Positions 31,482 through 32,000 of a stretch of 32,000 bases of DNA are shown piece after piece. Under the pieces are notes generated by a model that saw nothing but the letters and a program-made list of their open reading frames with translations, searched no databases and was not told the DNA's origin. Source of the stretch: Buchnera aphidicola (Therioaphis trifolii) (GTDB taxonomy: Bacteria > Pseudomonadota > Gammaproteobacteria > Enterobacterales > Enterobacteriaceae); the NCBI RefSeq assembly GCF_005080705.1, contig NZ_CP032996.1, positions 180,001 through 212,000 of the forward strand, in the 5' to 3' direction. Each line of letters starts with the position of its first letter. The first letter of the stretch is position 1. Both the position numbers and the translations under genes were made by a program.

Positions 31482-32000
31482 ATGGATTTATTATTTGAAT
31501 ATAGTTTATTTTTATTAAAATTAATTACTTATTTAATATTAATATTTATTTTCATAATATCAGTTTCTTATTTTTTTAAAAAAAATATTAAAAAAAAATA
31601 TAAATTAAAAATTAAAAGTATTTCTAATTTTTACAATCATATAATTGATATATCATTTAAAAATAAAATACAATTTAATAAAAAAAATTTTATAAAACAC
31701 ACTAAATGGGATTATAAAAAACCAATATTATATGTTTTAAGTTTTTATGGTGATGTTCATGCAAGTGAAGTATCTCATTTAAAAAAAGAAATTTCTATTA
31801 TTATTTCTATTATTCAACCTAATGATGAGGTTTTATTAAAATTAGAAAGTTTTGGAGGAACAGTACATGAATATGGTTTAGCAGCATCTCAATTACAAAG
31901 ATTACGAAATCATAATATTAAATTAACAGTAGTAATAGATAAAATAGCTGCTAGTGGAGGATATATGATGGCATGTGTTGCTAATTATATTTATGCTGCT
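31482..32000 (+). CDS. sohB: Probable periplasmic/inner-membrane protease SohB (peptidase S49), N-terminal fragment; continues past the window
   Basis: I translated by hand from the ATG at 31482, and the frame is open to the window end (173 codons). N-terminal TM segment, then ...VLLKLESFGGTVHEYGLAASQLQRLRNHNIKLTVVIDKIAASGGYMMACVANYIYAA. This closely resembles E. coli SohB (RLESPGGMVHGYGLAASQLQRLR...VDKVAASGGYMMACVA). It is absent from the ORF track because it has no stop in the window. Confidence 0.88.
   Translation, partial: MDLLFEYSLFLLKLITYLILIFIFIISVSYFFKKNIKKKYKLKIKSISNFYNHIIDISFKNKIQFNKKNFIKHTKWDYKKPILYVLSFYGDVHASEVSHLKKEISIIISIIQPNDEVLLKLESFGGTVHEYGLAASQLQRLRNHNIKLTVVIDKIAASGGYMMACVANYIYAA

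Overview
This window is extremely A+T-rich (roughly 80% by eye, not computed) and densely packed with housekeeping genes. It looks like a reduced gammaproteobacterial insect endosymbiont. Gene order: dnaE (3' end), proS, flhB, flhA, argS, rrs, tRNA-Ile, tRNA-Ala, dnaQ, tRNA-Asp, gpt, grpE, smpB, tadA, acpS, era, rnc, lepB, lepA, mnmA, purB, fabI, rnb, ychE, lipB, lipA, ribA, yciA, orf128, trpA, trpB, trpC, trpD, sohB (5' end). Three traits are characteristic of Buchnera aphidicola: the argS-rrs linkage, a 16S gene with tRNA-Ile/tRNA-Ala but no 23S/5S, and a chromosomal trpDCBA block without trpE/trpG. That is my assignment, from memory and not searched. Nearly every long ORF in the track matches a well-known enzyme family through recognisable motifs. 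I found no transposases, integrases, phage genes, CRISPR arrays, toxin-antitoxin or defence-like cassettes, and no G+C-anomalous island other than the rRNA/tRNA genes. I therefore do not see a convincing new multi-gene system here. The most unusual observations are: (1) flhB retains only its transmembrane half, with no room for the autocleaving C-terminal domain, next to an intact flhA. (2) dnaQ sits between tRNA genes with 20-nt spacers at the tail of the boxA-containing 16S transcription unit. (3) An orphan 128-codon, very hydrophobic ORF lies between yciA and trpA. (4) The editing (INS) domain of proS looks eroded. (5) 10-14 nt poly(A/T) tracts lie inside intact essential genes. (6) Several convergent or same-strand gene junctions have almost no spacer or overlap.
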